DNA of 64,000 bases from Rotaria socialis (taxonomy: Eukaryota). Both the position numbers and the translations under genes were made by a program. Below the pieces are notes generated by a model. It saw nothing but the letters and a program-made list of their open reading frames with translations. It made no database searches and was not told where the DNA came from. The stretch's first letter is position 1; each line of letters begins with the position of its first letter. This document shows, piece by piece, positions 12,928-26,447 of the stretch. The stretch lies in contig CAJNYD010000047.1 of NCBI GenBank assembly GCA_905331295.1, positions 62,001-126,000 on the forward strand, in the 5' to 3' direction.

Positions 12928-13343
12928 CTACAACAATAAATTACAACTCTCTATTAGTATGAGTTTTTCGAGAAAATCGAGTAGTTTAAGTTTATATTGT
13001 TCGAAAAGATAACTTTTCCATCCTCCATGTTGCTGACCATATCCACCACCGTAATCTCCGACATCACGAGCACCTCCGTATATTCGCCCATATGTTGGAT
13101 TTGGATTTTCAGCCGCATAGTTATCAAGTCGCTCACCTACCACACCTGAAGAAAAAATCAAACGAATTCATCTTTATTTGATCTCACTATAAAATATTTA
13201 AACTATAAAATAGTTCCAAAAAACTTACTGTTAACACCACCGGGGATATTTTGGTTAATCCACATATCCGATCTTATTTCTCCCATGCCTCCACCCATAT
13301 CCATTCCACCACCATTTTGATCATAACCAAACCAATTTGACAT
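12928..13343 (-). CDS. Small (~110 aa) Gly/Asn/Tyr-rich protein of unknown function, 2 exons
   Basis: Exon 13343-13229 (MSNWFGYDQNGGGMDMGGGMGEIRSDMWINQNIPGGVN), GTAAGT..TTCAG intron 13228-13146, exon 13145-12928 in frame (SVVGERLDNYAAENPNPTYGRIYGG...GDYGGGYGQQHGGW...). Confidence 0.65.
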
Positions 13344-14878
13344 CACTTAGCGTCAACAAAACCATTTTAACATTTTCTCGAAGCTTCTACACACTAATAT
13401 TGTAAGCTACCGATTCATTCACACTGAAATTAGTAACTTTAAACCTGTTACTTTGTACTTAAATGCTGTTTGTGCGTATCTGATCAGTTGCTTTGATATT
13501 TCTCCATTCTTCATTAGCTATTCGATCAATGGATAATGAAATGTATGAAAAATATCTACTAAGGATAACGTCTGAATACTAGCAGATTATATAGCAAGTT
13601 CGTGCACCTCATTTTGTGCTGTGTAGTGAATTAAGATGTTAAAATGGTTGTTTAAATAGAAAGCAACTTGTAGGCATGAACACCCCACAAGTAAAATGTG
13701 CATATGTCTTCAAAATCTCGCTCGATCACTCTGAAGATTCATTCACAGAGAGAGTTTTCACTACTCTGTCTACTGATAGTCTCTGAATTCCGAAGTGTTC
13801 TGATCATGTATTGAAGGTTTTCGATAGCCCTAATGAAAAAAACGAGGATTCTGAAAAGATATATATTAATTCTGACTATCAGTTTGTAGCATACATGAAA
13901 TTGTATCTATTCTATCTATTCTGAGTTCTGCTGAAAAGGGGTAGGCCATACTAAAAGTGCATGCTCTACACGATGGTGCAGACAAGATTTTTCACGCATA
14001 CAGTAGGGAATGAATTGATCATTAATTCATTTCTGCATCGTCACGAATTGGTTCTTTTTTTTATTAAACAAGAGTTCTCTAATGCTGATTTTGCTGCTAA
14101 ACATCTCTTGATAATATTTTCTAATACTTAACATAGCGAATCCATCCATCCGCTCTTACAATTATTTTGTTTTTAAAAGACGTTTTTCTTAGAGAATATC
14201 TTGTATAGATTAATTGATACTCAATAGTGCTGTATCTTATGGCTATCTTTATCAGAGAAGATTTTAAGAAATACAAGCGATATCTAATTCTTATAATCGT
14301 TCAATGGTAATCTAGACACGGTGAATATAACTCTAAGAGAACTATCCAAAAGGACTCCTATAATTGTAAATAAATTGTTGAATCATATAGTTGACCTTTA
14401 TAGAATTGAGAAGTAATAGAAAGGGAGGATAAAATAATATTGTGTTTTTTAACGAACTTGGCACTGAGTCTTGAATAGTTCATTTTAGCAGTTTCGAAAT
14501 AAATATTGAGTATCTCAAAGACAAGATGTTGGCATTAAGCAACTATCTAACGTTCGACATCTCAGAATCTAATACCACGATGTCAATCATACTACCATTT
14601 GACATCCAAAGCAAAGGTTGTAGGAGCATGCCAGCAAAATCGAGCCATCCTTGTTTTAGTTCTCAGTATAATCTGAATATGATCCTTTGTTGATTGTAAT
14701 TCAACATCATGATACCAATTTGTATTCAATAGGTTTATACAGAAATTATTTTTAAAAATCTGGTTGCTCATTTATATATTTTTTATAAGTAGTCTAAATC
14801 AAAAGTGCTTCATTGAACTTATTATATTGTGGAATTAAGACAAAGTTTAGAAAACATTAGTTCATGAAAGAATATTGA

Positions 14879-17450
14879 TTATGCAAATGGAGGAACTGAA
14901 TCACATACATGTGGATCATCGTCACGAGCCGTCTTAAAATCACAAATCAATGCTCGTCGACATGCATGATTACATTGAGAGCCATCTGTGTGCGATTTCG
15001 TATAGTATGTGTATACTGTGCTCATCAGTGGTCCGTCAATATCAGATTCTAGTCTTTTAATGAAGTTGTCCCAATCGACAGGAAACAAGTTCTCTAATTG
15101 ATAGGCATCTCGAACATTATATTCATCTTGCAAAATCGTTCTGTTGTAGAGGTTCGTTGCAGTTAAATTCATAATGACCGTACGATGATCGAGCACCCAA
15201 TATGAGCTCGACGGATAGTCACCATCCATTGTATAAATACGATAGCCCGGATTCAAGAATGATTCGGTTGTCAACGACGGTGCTATGTAAGCCTATAATT
15301 ACAGTATAATAACGAAAAATAAAAACTAGATACACAAATTTTACTCATGATGATAATGCACTTACCATTGAAACGGGTCGTTGTGGATCATTTTCATCGT
15401 AGAACATGTTGAATTCATCTCTATGTGTGTGACCATAAAATTGACCGGAGATCGTATTTTCGAATCTAATTAACATATAACGGATAAACGAAGATGAATG
15501 TTCTCGAATGTCTCACCGATTGACGATTCTATTAAAATTCCAGCCGAATGCTGCAAAACACGTACGTGGCGGATGATGAGCAATAATATGAACTTTTTCT
15601 CCATTGTCTTCAGCATATTGTAACCATTGTATGAGCTAAAATGTGTCAACAAATGTTAGTACTTCGTCTTGCCTTTTCATATAATAACTTACCCATTCAA
15701 GTTGATTGAGTGGATCAGTCGAATTGGCATATAACCAATAATTGTCTGATGCGTAATAGTTCGTATTGAGAGAAATCAATCGTAGACCGGGACGTACAAG
15801 TGTTGTATAGAACCCACCACGAAGAATACTTTCACGCGTATCATTAGGTAGACCAAGTGTATTTATCCAACTATCAGCTAATGCTTGATATAGCCATGAA
15901 ATATTGTCTGATTTAATAATCGGTGTCGGAAAGAGGTTGCATGGAGCTAAAGAAATCATAAAGTGTGCAATGAATGAAAAAGTCGAGACGAAACTGGTAC
16001 CTGCTTCATGGTTACCGACGGCCGAATACAGCATTTTCTTTGGAAATGTTGTAGCCAACAAATTATTGATTGTAGTTATCGAATAGAGTTGATCAGCACG
16101 AGACTGATTCCACACATTGTGAGGTGGTGTATCACCAGTGTAATAGATGAAATCAATCTGTTACAGTAGAAAAGAATAAATAGAATAAATAAAGTTTTAT
16201 CTATAACCTCTTCCGTTTTGGAGGCATACTCAAGTATGGCTTGAGCCGTCCAATATGGTAGGTCACAATGAAGACTGGTCCCCCTGAAAAGAACAGACAT
16301 TTAATACTATATATTGTCAAATGATTGAAAAAACTTACCAGAAACCAGCACCCGGATGGCCAGGAACTGTATTTAAGAAAGTGAATTTCTTTTAAATATT
16401 GACGCAAGCCTACAGAAAATACTCACGAGGTGGACCCTTTCGACAGCACAATGGCTCGAGACAATCTGCTTCAGATCCTGGCTTGTACTCAAAATCCACG
16501 TGAATATCGGCCAATTGGAGTACCTTCAGTTTTGGAGAGTCAGGCTAAAATGCAAAAAAGTGTATGTTCAGTGGTTATATGATACTCAAACGACGTACGG
16601 TACGTAGCATCTCATACAGAAGAGTAATTATTTTTGCTGTGACACTTTCTAGATATTCGATAAATTATTCTCAATTCGGATACAATAGGTTATGCTCTGT
16701 CCTCTCATATAAAAAGAAGAGAATATTTAACGTCACCGATTTGAACACGAATACTATATTGCTCAGCATATTTATTCTATGGCACATACACGTACATACT
16801 TACCGAAGGAGGTTTTGGCGGTTGTGGAGCTGGCTTTTTGTCAGGAATTGCAACAGTCCAATTCAAGGCAGGATAATCAGTCTGTCTATCACAGTTGAAA
16901 GCAAGTGAACATAGTGCCTTATTACTGAAATGCGTCAGGTATATGACTTGGAGAACGGCATCCTATTTGCAAGCAAATAAACTACATCTAGATGAAAATA
17001 GTAGAGATCTTTCACTTTATATTCGTACACAGCGCCACTACAAACATCGAGAACCAAACCGAATTCGTTGCAAATTTCTAGAGTCACATTTTCGATGCGC
17101 TCCGTTTGATTGACGTCGATGAGTATTCGAAGCTAATACACAAACGATTAGATATGAAAATGCGAGAATAAACAAGGTTCACTCACTATAGGTAGAAGAA
17201 TGTGGCATATTTCACAATATACTTCCTCTGCGTTGATATGTTGTTGGAACATCCATCGAAGTGCCTTGATATTATTGGAATGTTCGAAACGATGTCGATA
17301 GTTGAGGACAGTGGCAAACATTTCTTCGTTCTCATTGGTGATACCGTCGACTATTTGACCAACAGTATCCTCTTGAATTGCTCTAGCATCAATTACTGTA
17401 TGACCAATAATGATGAAGAGAAGGAGCTGAGAAACTATTTGCCAAATCAT
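14879..17450 (-). CDS. SMPD1: Acid sphingomyelinase (sphingomyelin phosphodiesterase), multi-exon
   Basis: Signal peptide (MIWQIVSQLLLFIIIG), saposin-B-like Cys region (YCEICHILLP), Pro-rich linker (KPAPQPPKPP), metallophosphoesterase motifs DIHVD, CDLPYW, TGDTPPHNVW, GNHE, HHPP, FYGHTH, and C-terminal NPGYRIY and C..ACRRALIC. Confidence 0.9.
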
Positions 17451-17945
17451 AGACAAAAACTTGAAAAGAAACAAAAGGAGAACTGCAACAAATACGAACT
17501 GAAATAACAATGTTTGATAACTGCAAACTTTTTTCGCTCTATCTCATTGTTGTGTGCACGTGTTTTGTGGCAACTTATCTTGTCGTATACGAGAAATTTC
17601 GATGCTTGTTGAAAAGATAAACAATTTCGGACGGTCAAAATAACTGCACTAACGTAACATTCGTTTTTTCATTTAATTTAGAACAAAGTCGTTCTGCATT
17701 GCTTCTCAAGTCACCAACGCTTGCTCATCGGTCATTGCATGTAATTTTATCGTTCTAATACAATCCGACGTTTTTGTTTTTATATCAGTAAACATACCTT
17801 ATAGGAAAGAACATATCCAAGTGCTAAATCGTTTTTCAACTGAAACTATTGACTTTTGACTTTTTTAGGTCTTCTCTTGTTAATGGATGGGTACTTCACA
17901 CAATTTTCAACATATGTGTACAAGATTTTCTGAGAACGGTAGTAT

Positions 17946-18351
17946 GATAGGTCTAACCAGGCCGCATTTTCGAGACTTGTGAGCCTGTCGATGTTTTTGA
18001 AGCTAATGCAATAATGATGAAAGACTAGAAACCAGCTATACAGATAGAGCACCAGGGCTATTGTACGATCCTGGCAAGACTTGCTTGCCATAGGCATCGG
18101 TCACGATTTTTAGACCACTGCCATTAACAGGCTCAGATAGGCCAACAGGTCAGCAGCTGGTTGAACCTCTGACTGAGACAAGTCTAAGAATCGTGGTCTA
18201 TACCTATGCCAAACAGGTCTTGCCCGTATTGAACAATAGCCCTGATGCACTGCCTGAATAGCTGGTTTCTAGTCTTTCATCATTATTGTATTAACTTCAA
18301 AAACATCGACAGACCTAGATACCTCGAAAACGTGGCCTGGTTGGACCTCTA
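17946..18351. mobile_element. ~400-bp palindromic MITE (hAT-like)
   Basis: The left ~170 bp is an imperfect reverse complement of the right ~170 bp (e.g. AATAATGATGAAAGACTAGAAACCAGCTAT vs ATAGCTGGTTTCTAGTCTTTCATCATTATT). Flanks GGTAGTAT / GGAAGTAA match 6/8, consistent with a decayed 8-bp TSD. Confidence 0.8.
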
Positions 18352-19497
18352 GGAAGTAATCTTACTGAAATATATGCTTGGCGTCGAAATATTTTTATTT
18401 TGAAGTAAAGCTCAAAACAGACGCTCAAAATATCTTAGATTAGGATCAGCGTATGTGTTTTATTAAGATTCAAGGAAATAAGCAATCATTTGAAATGTAA
18501 TGGTTTCTGCGACTTATATTATTATTGGGTGTGTGGGCGTGGGTGTAAATGGTGAAGGAGAAAGGGGACTTGTTTTACTGGGGGACGATCAGTCTTTTTT
18601 GGGTCTACATCCTTAATGTAGCACATAGAAAATCTTAGTACAACTTTATAGCCGTTAATCAGCGTATTACACCTATAGGAGTGCATATATAGTCACTTCC
18701 TATAATGAAACGCATTTCGTCCTATAAATTCAGTTTTTCATATATTTCTCATTTGTGATAATGAATAGACTTATATGATTTTGATATCATTTCAGTTCAA
18801 GTGCATTGCAGAAATACTAATTCCGAAATTTAAAAATTAAAGCCTGAATAAGATTAGCAGCAATGTCTGGGTGTGTGGGTGGAGTCTGAGACTGGTGGTG
18901 TACCTATCTTTCAACTGTAAGCATACTCAAATTCATATCCATACCGGAACTGATATCACTGAGTTCTTATTACTTACTTTGGAAAATATTGCTTATATTT
19001 GTGCACGATTGAAGCAATTTGAATAATCTTTCGATACGTTGCGCTTTTCTTCGAAGCCCGTCAAAGATTTATCAAGGTTATAAGAATCTTTTAAAGAGTT
19101 TTGTAGAATGCATGAACGTCTTAAAAAGTTTGGAACTCATCGCACCTGCCAAAAACTTTTTGTATGATCCGTATTGTGCACGCAATCCTATTTAATTTTG
19201 AGAAGGGTAATTTTTTTTTCAGTGCAATCCAATAAAACATACTACCGAATAGCACAGCTCGTTGTGCTCCTCCATTTTCTGTTACGTAGCCTTATTCCAC
19301 TTAGAAAGTATATGTTCCTTGAGAAATTATTCTGTTACACGTTAGACTGCTTCTCATCAGAGGTTGTTTCTTCGAAACATAATTTCGCTTCGAATAAATC
19401 GCCTCACTCCAGAAATATGTCGTATATATTGAAAAAATTGGTCATGTTACTACATATTCGTGATTCTGTCGTTGTTAGTAGTATACTTTTCCTCGAC

Positions 19498-20107
19498 ATG
19501 CCGTTCAAAATTGCAATAGTATTCTGTCTTCTTGTTTCATGCGTCAACACCGAGCAGACAACTGATGTAATCCGAATTCCATTGACACCAAAGTTGTCGA
19601 CTAGTGGAAGTTTGATTTTAGCTAACCAGATTCACACGAAATCACAGTCTATTTTCAAGTTTCCATTTAACAACGTCATCACCATCCTTCGTGCGAATTT
19701 CTGATCTGATGTTCGCTTTCTCACATGCGACTCCCCTGCTTTATTGATTAAATTTTCGTGACCTGATCTATACAGATAGTCACGCTTATGCTCGTTTTAT
19801 GATCAACAACAAAGTTCTCCTATCGAATACTAATGGACGTGCAACTACTGCTGCAGTTTTTGACCTTGGAGCTGATTTGAATGATATTGACCCACGAGAT
19901 GGATCAGTCATATATAATGGAATCGAAGCAGGGATCTACTTTCCTTACACTAATGTAGAACTCGTCTTTCTACCTCCTGGTCTCCATGTTGTTGAAGTGG
20001 GTGTACGAATCAAAGGAAATAATGTTAATGTTGATTGGGGTACATTTACTCTTGAGTTGGTAGAATACGCTCCTGGTGATAACATCAAACTCGAATATCC
20101 TGAATAA
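19498..20107 (+). pseudogene. Probable pseudogene of a small secreted beta-rich protein
   Basis: A signal-peptide ORF (MPFKIAIVFCLLVSCVNT) stops at 19702-19704. A +1 frame (TTSSPSFVRISDLMFAFSHATPLLY*LNF...YARFMINNKVLL...FLPPGLHVVEVGVR...LELVEY) continues to 20107 but has TGA at 19745-19747. No plausible intron bridges the two lesions. Confidence 0.55.
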
Positions 20108-21441
20108 TGATGAGATAGAGTTATTCATATTTAAAAAAAATCTTGTTTCATCGTATATGAAAGAGGACTAGAAGACGAATCAGGATTTCTAGACTACAGA
20201 TCTATCCAATATCCGATAGTATAGATATAACACACGTACAGTTTACGAAAATAATCTGAATTCTCATGAGACATAACAGCAAGAAAGATTCTTAATTTAA
20301 GTGGATGTGAGCGTGTGGATCATTGATATAAGTGTTGGACTGAATCTAAATGCAGATCATCACATATCATACATATCTAACCTGATAACTAAACTCAGAG
20401 AGTGGGTGTTAGTAGATGTGTGAATAGTATATTTCTGAGACCGGCACCCTCGCACACGCCCAGTTCAACATTCTGGTTACTTTGAATCCGCTTAATAATA
20501 TAATGTGCCACAAATTCTATAGAATTTATATTATATAAAATGTAAGAAATATCAAGATACTTTGGGTTTACTACTGAGACGATGCATTTCGACATGCAAT
20601 AAATAAATGTCAGCGAAAAAAAATTACAGCACAATCTATTCGTTCAAGTCATCAAACAGTATGATACAGAATTATACAGAAGTTGTGATGATGAAATATA
20701 TAATACTTGTGAACTGCTTCTTGTAGTATCTATTGTTGGTTTTAGCAACACTGATTTATATTATTCATTATCTATTTAAGAAGCTTTTAGTGTACATTGG
20801 TGATGTCTCTCATGACCTTATATTAATTTATTTATTAACAGTTCCCCTCAAATTCATATGAATATACGAATACAATTGGAATCCAAAGCAATATATTGTA
20901 TTATATTGTTATTGTATCGTAGAGTAATACTTGCATCGTTCGAACTTTGAACAATTAGTTAGATATACAAAACTTAACACGCATGAATTTCTATTTATTA
21001 ATGACTTTTAGATTGTTCCCTAAATAGCGAAGCCATCTCGAAATGAATTCGTCAAGAAGATCATAATTTTCGTTACGCAGAAAGAAAAAGAACGCTCTGA
21101 TTCTTAAGTTGTTGAATGTGAGTGAAATTGTGTGAATAACGAGTTCTTCATCGCCCTCGTTCTCTCTCAAGATAGGTATTTATCACTTTTTTTCGTCCTC
21201 AATAAATGCAGGACACAGAAAACGACAAAGTTATGAGTATATGCAAGACAATAGATAACAATGAGCTTCACTATCAAAGATAATGATATAGAAAACACAC
21301 GAGAAAAAGATAAACCCAGTGTATAATAGCACTTTTTAAGTTAATATTAAATCGCACGGTCATTCTTTTCATATAATAAACGATAGTAAGTAAAAGACGA
21401 GAAAATTGCCTCAAAATACAGATTTTGAACTCCTGATATAG

Positions 21442-22741
<1,300 letters not shown>

Positions 22742-24135
22742 AAGAACCCATGAATGTAGCACGTCGGACACTTTTTGTCTTTCTCTTTCGGTGACACTTG
22801 TTAGAACTGCAATTAAATTACAAAAAGAACATCTAGGTTTATTAAAGAACGGGAACTTGTAAGACTATATAAATCGGCTCAATGTTGCTTTTCTCTATAC
22901 AGTATCTGTTGTTTGTGAAATTCATCGAATCTTATGCAAAATGAAGCAATGAATCTTTTAATACTGAATTTGCCGCGTCTAGCGTGTGATTCGAAGTCTA
23001 AACGAGTTTGTTATTAGAGAAGTACTTTATCGAAAAATATTCACCTGAAAACTCACTAGTTGTATAAAATCATACGTAGTTGTGTTCTCATACCGATCAA
23101 AAATACATGTGAAAAAAAACCAGCACTTCTGATGAGTCTCGGGAACCTGGTTAAATACATTCTAAAACATGCACTGAAAGTGATCAATTTTTGAAAACAT
23201 TTGTTCATCGAAATGCTATTGATAGCGCCCTTTCTTGACCCAAATTCGATCGTATTCTGACAAGCCACAATATATTGTAATCACGTGGCATACATCAAAA
23301 ACGATTTGTAAATACCTAAAAGTACTAGAATTGAACAATTCATATACTGGCATTTATCGATAAGTAACACTCGTTGCTTATAGATGGTCACCTAGACCAC
23401 TATTGTTAACATTTTCAGGCCTTATCGCTTCAATTTGAAGAACATAAAAAAGTCATATATAGATACACCTGAAATCACTAAAAGTTGAAAATTTGTGTAG
23501 TAATCAATTTTTGCATCTGAAAATCAGTAGTACTTGAAGCTTGTATGCAATATCGAGGGAAGCTTGGCAGTTTAAAATGTATAATTGTAGTGTAACTGAG
23601 AAATAGATGTAGCATTTTATTTTCTAGCTCTATTCTCCGCAACCTTGCACCTTTACGGACAAGCACATCTATCCATCTGGCGTAAGATAGAAAAACTAGA
23701 CATATTAATGCTTTTGTGAATTTTACTACAACGATCCTTCCTGATGATAATGATGATGAATGTGATCTAAGATAGAGAAAAGAAACATGTTAACATTATT
23801 TTATTTTATCCTTTTGGTGTAAGTTAAAAATACACTGTAGCTGAACTGGTAATTCCTGTAATATGAAATTGAAGTGTTTTTTAGAGTTTTTTTTATGCAT
23901 TGGCTGAATAAGATAGGTAATTTGTTCAAAAACTTTTTCAAAAGATCAAATATTTTCATTTTTTATAATAAAACGTGAAATATAAAATTAGTAAAAGAAC
24001 ATCAAGAGAAGACTAATTATGTAGTACACTATATCCGAAGCCGTAGATCAATTTTTGGAGCCAACATAAAGTTTCGTTTAAAAATGTCAAGACTCCGCTA
24101 ATACTTGTGAACTCAGTAAAGTTCTCCATAATTAC

Positions 24136-24520
24136 TAGACCTACGACAGCTCTCAGTTCTTGGAACCGATTCTTTTCAAAGAACTGTACCCAATACATCG
24201 TTCCTTTTCTGGAACTATCTCCACATAACAGTTCTTTTTCGAGAACCATATCCTCCCAACAGTTCCTTTTCGGGAACCATATCCTCCGAACAGTTCTTTT
24301 TCGGGAACTGTTTCCACAAAACAGTTCTTTTTCGAGAACTGTTTTCACAGAACAGTTCTTCTTCAGGAACTGTGGCATAACAAACAGTTCCTTATCGAGA
24401 ACTGTTGCAGCCCTGCCCATATAGATGATCACGGTGCTGTTTTAAACAGATCAGTTCCGATCAAAGAACTTGTGAGACAGTTCCGAAGATCGGAACTAAT
24501 ATGGAACTGTCGTAGGTCTA
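24136..24520. mobile_element. hAT-type MITE, 385 bp, with internal ~30-bp hairpin repeats
   Basis: Perfect 14-bp TIR TAGACCTACGACAG (24136-24149 / 24507-24520) and perfect 8-bp TSD ATAATTAC (24128-24135 / 24521-24528). The interior is a tandem array of AACAGTTC-TTTTCG-GAACTGT units. Confidence 0.92.
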
Positions 24521-24704
24521 ATAATTACTACGAAAAGAATACAAATACTTGAAAAAGTGTATGAATTTACATGAATCTTAGGTTTATCGAAGCTCTTAGC
24601 TGCACAGTCGCTTGAATAAATTGAAATATATTTCTATTTTGAAATAGACATTGTTATGATAGCTTTCTCCTATAACAAGTCTCATAAACTCATTTACTTT
24701 GTCC

Positions 24705-26447
24705 TTAACAAATCCGCAAGTTAATTTTAATTTCGTTTGCCAAACAAATATTTCTTGCTATCCCATATTTCGATGGCAACTGCTGTTGTAACCATTCGAC
24801 AAGTTCATCTGTGGTAGTCATTGATTGTTCTCTATAATTGTCATCTCTACAATGAACTATTAACTGATGAAGATTCGGCATTTTCTTCACAAGATCCAAT
24901 ACGCATGTTCGAATTTCGACTGAAATACGAAGTATTTCACATTGTATTCCCAACGATGAACAACTCAATACAGTACAATCTGCGTTGTTATAATGATAAT
25001 GATAACTGTACAAATCGAGTTTTCGAATCAAATTATGCGTAATTTCGAATGGTGCCATCTGTGTAGGAGAAGATCGCCATGTTTCAATGCTTAACGAGTT
25101 GAGACGAGATGCCCGATCAAGCAGCAATTGTAATTGACTTGGAAATTTTTCATCATAATTATACCATGCCACACTCAGTGAGGTCAATTGATGAAAATTC
25201 GGAACGATCGTCCATAAATGATTATTGATAGGAAGATAAATAGTGAGATCTCGAACGTTAGAAAAGCTAATATTTTGACATTGATCCAAATCGTCAGATA
25301 GAAAATGCATATATTTTAGTTGATTTACACGATCATAGGAACAATAACAGTTATTGTGAGGACAAGTTGACTCGAATATAAGTGGAAAATATGCTGTAAA
25401 ATGATCAAAAGCATACGGTAAAGTGTATAGATAAATTGCGGCGATGTCTGGATCCCAATCACATTGAACAAACCAACGATGTTCTTGAAGCCAAAATTGA
25501 CTTCGAAATGAATTAATAAGTTCATCAAAACTTTGTTTCCAATTTCTATCATTCACTAGTTTTCTCGTCAATTTGAGCCGAAATCGTTTTAATTTGATTA
25601 AATGATCACGAATAATTTTTTCCCATTGACGACCATCAACAGAAATATCGTTAATTGTTCGTACTGTCAAACTGCATAAATTAGGCATATGTTTGAAAAT
25701 ATTTATTATATTATTTTGCTCAGCAGCAACAAACCATGTATCGAAGTGAGTTATCAACGAAATAATTGATGGATACGTTTTACTATCAGAATCGTATGTG
25801 AAACATGCAGAAAGATATCGAAGACGTGCTGTAGATTGGATCAGTTGAGCGAAGTCACTCAGATGACAAATCATATTCGGGACGAATAGATATTCAAGTG
25901 ATGAAGAAATTATATTTGGTGCAGAAAACTCGATACCATCACTAGTATCAATGTCTATATAGCAGTAGATCAGTTTGGGTAGACTCCAAATTGTGTTTAT
26001 AATGTTAGCTACATCAGTCTGGGAACATGAAAAGTAACAATTCGTCAATTTGATATGAGTGAGATGTGATAAATGACAACAATCCAATAAAATTTTATTC
26101 ATCATTGTGACAGAAATCAAATCATACAAGTTAAGTGTTCGTAAGTGTGCAAATTGATGGAGAGTAAAATCTTGAGCAACGAAACGAACTATTTGTTGCG
26201 AATTTTCATCATCGGAAAGATGTAGTGTAGTTATTCGATTGACAATCGATGGTAAGTATTGTTGACAAACAGTATCAAGATCATGTTTCGATACCAATCG
26301 TAAGTCAAATCCACGAACAGAAATATGATCGAAAATAAGCACATCAAAACGATACTTAAGCCCATAGAACGATTGAAGAAGTTGAGCAGTCGAGAAAAAT
26401 TCGAATATAGAAAGCAGAAGTTCGTTTGCCAACGATTCTAAAGTCAT
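24705..26447 (-). CDS. Intronless F-box-like / leucine-rich-repeat protein (~580 aa)
   Basis: N-terminal F-box-like MTLESLANELLLSIFEFF...LLQSFYGLKYRFDVLI, LxxLxL repeats and the motif FWLQEHRWFVQCDW...LYTLPYAF. One uninterrupted ORF. Confidence 0.75.
   Translation of the reverse strand: MTLESLANELLLSIFEFFSTAQLLQSFYGLKYRFDVLIFDHISVRGFDLRLVSKHDLDTVCQQYLPSIVNRITTLHLSDDENSQQIVRFVAQDFTLHQFAHLRTLNLYDLISVTMMNKILLDCCHLSHLTHIKLTNCYFSCSQTDVANIINTIWSLPKLIYCYIDIDTSDGIEFSAPNIISSSLEYLFVPNMICHLSDFAQLIQSTARLRYLSACFTYDSDSKTYPSIISLITHFDTWFVAAEQNNIINIFKHMPNLCSLTVRTINDISVDGRQWEKIIRDHLIKLKRFRLKLTRKLVNDRNWKQSFDELINSFRSQFWLQEHRWFVQCDWDPDIAAIYLYTLPYAFDHFTAYFPLIFESTCPHNNCYCSYDRVNQLKYMHFLSDDLDQCQNISFSNVRDLTIYLPINNHLWTIVPNFHQLTSLSVAWYNYDEKFPSQLQLLLDRASRLNSLSIETWRSSPTQMAPFEITHNLIRKLDLYSYHYHYNNADCTVLSCSSLGIQCEILRISVEIRTCVLDLVKKMPNLHQLIVHCRDDNYREQSMTTTDELVEWLQQQLPSKYGIARNICLANEIKINLRIC

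Noticed and set aside
24160..24420. CRISPR-like repeat/spacer appearance
   Set aside because: The linkers are far too short, the repeats are degenerate, there are no cas genes, the context is eukaryotic, and the array is enclosed by TIRs and a TSD.
24013..24432. Overlapping 139-aa and 105-aa ORFs
   Set aside because: They arise from the ~30-bp periodic MITE interior.
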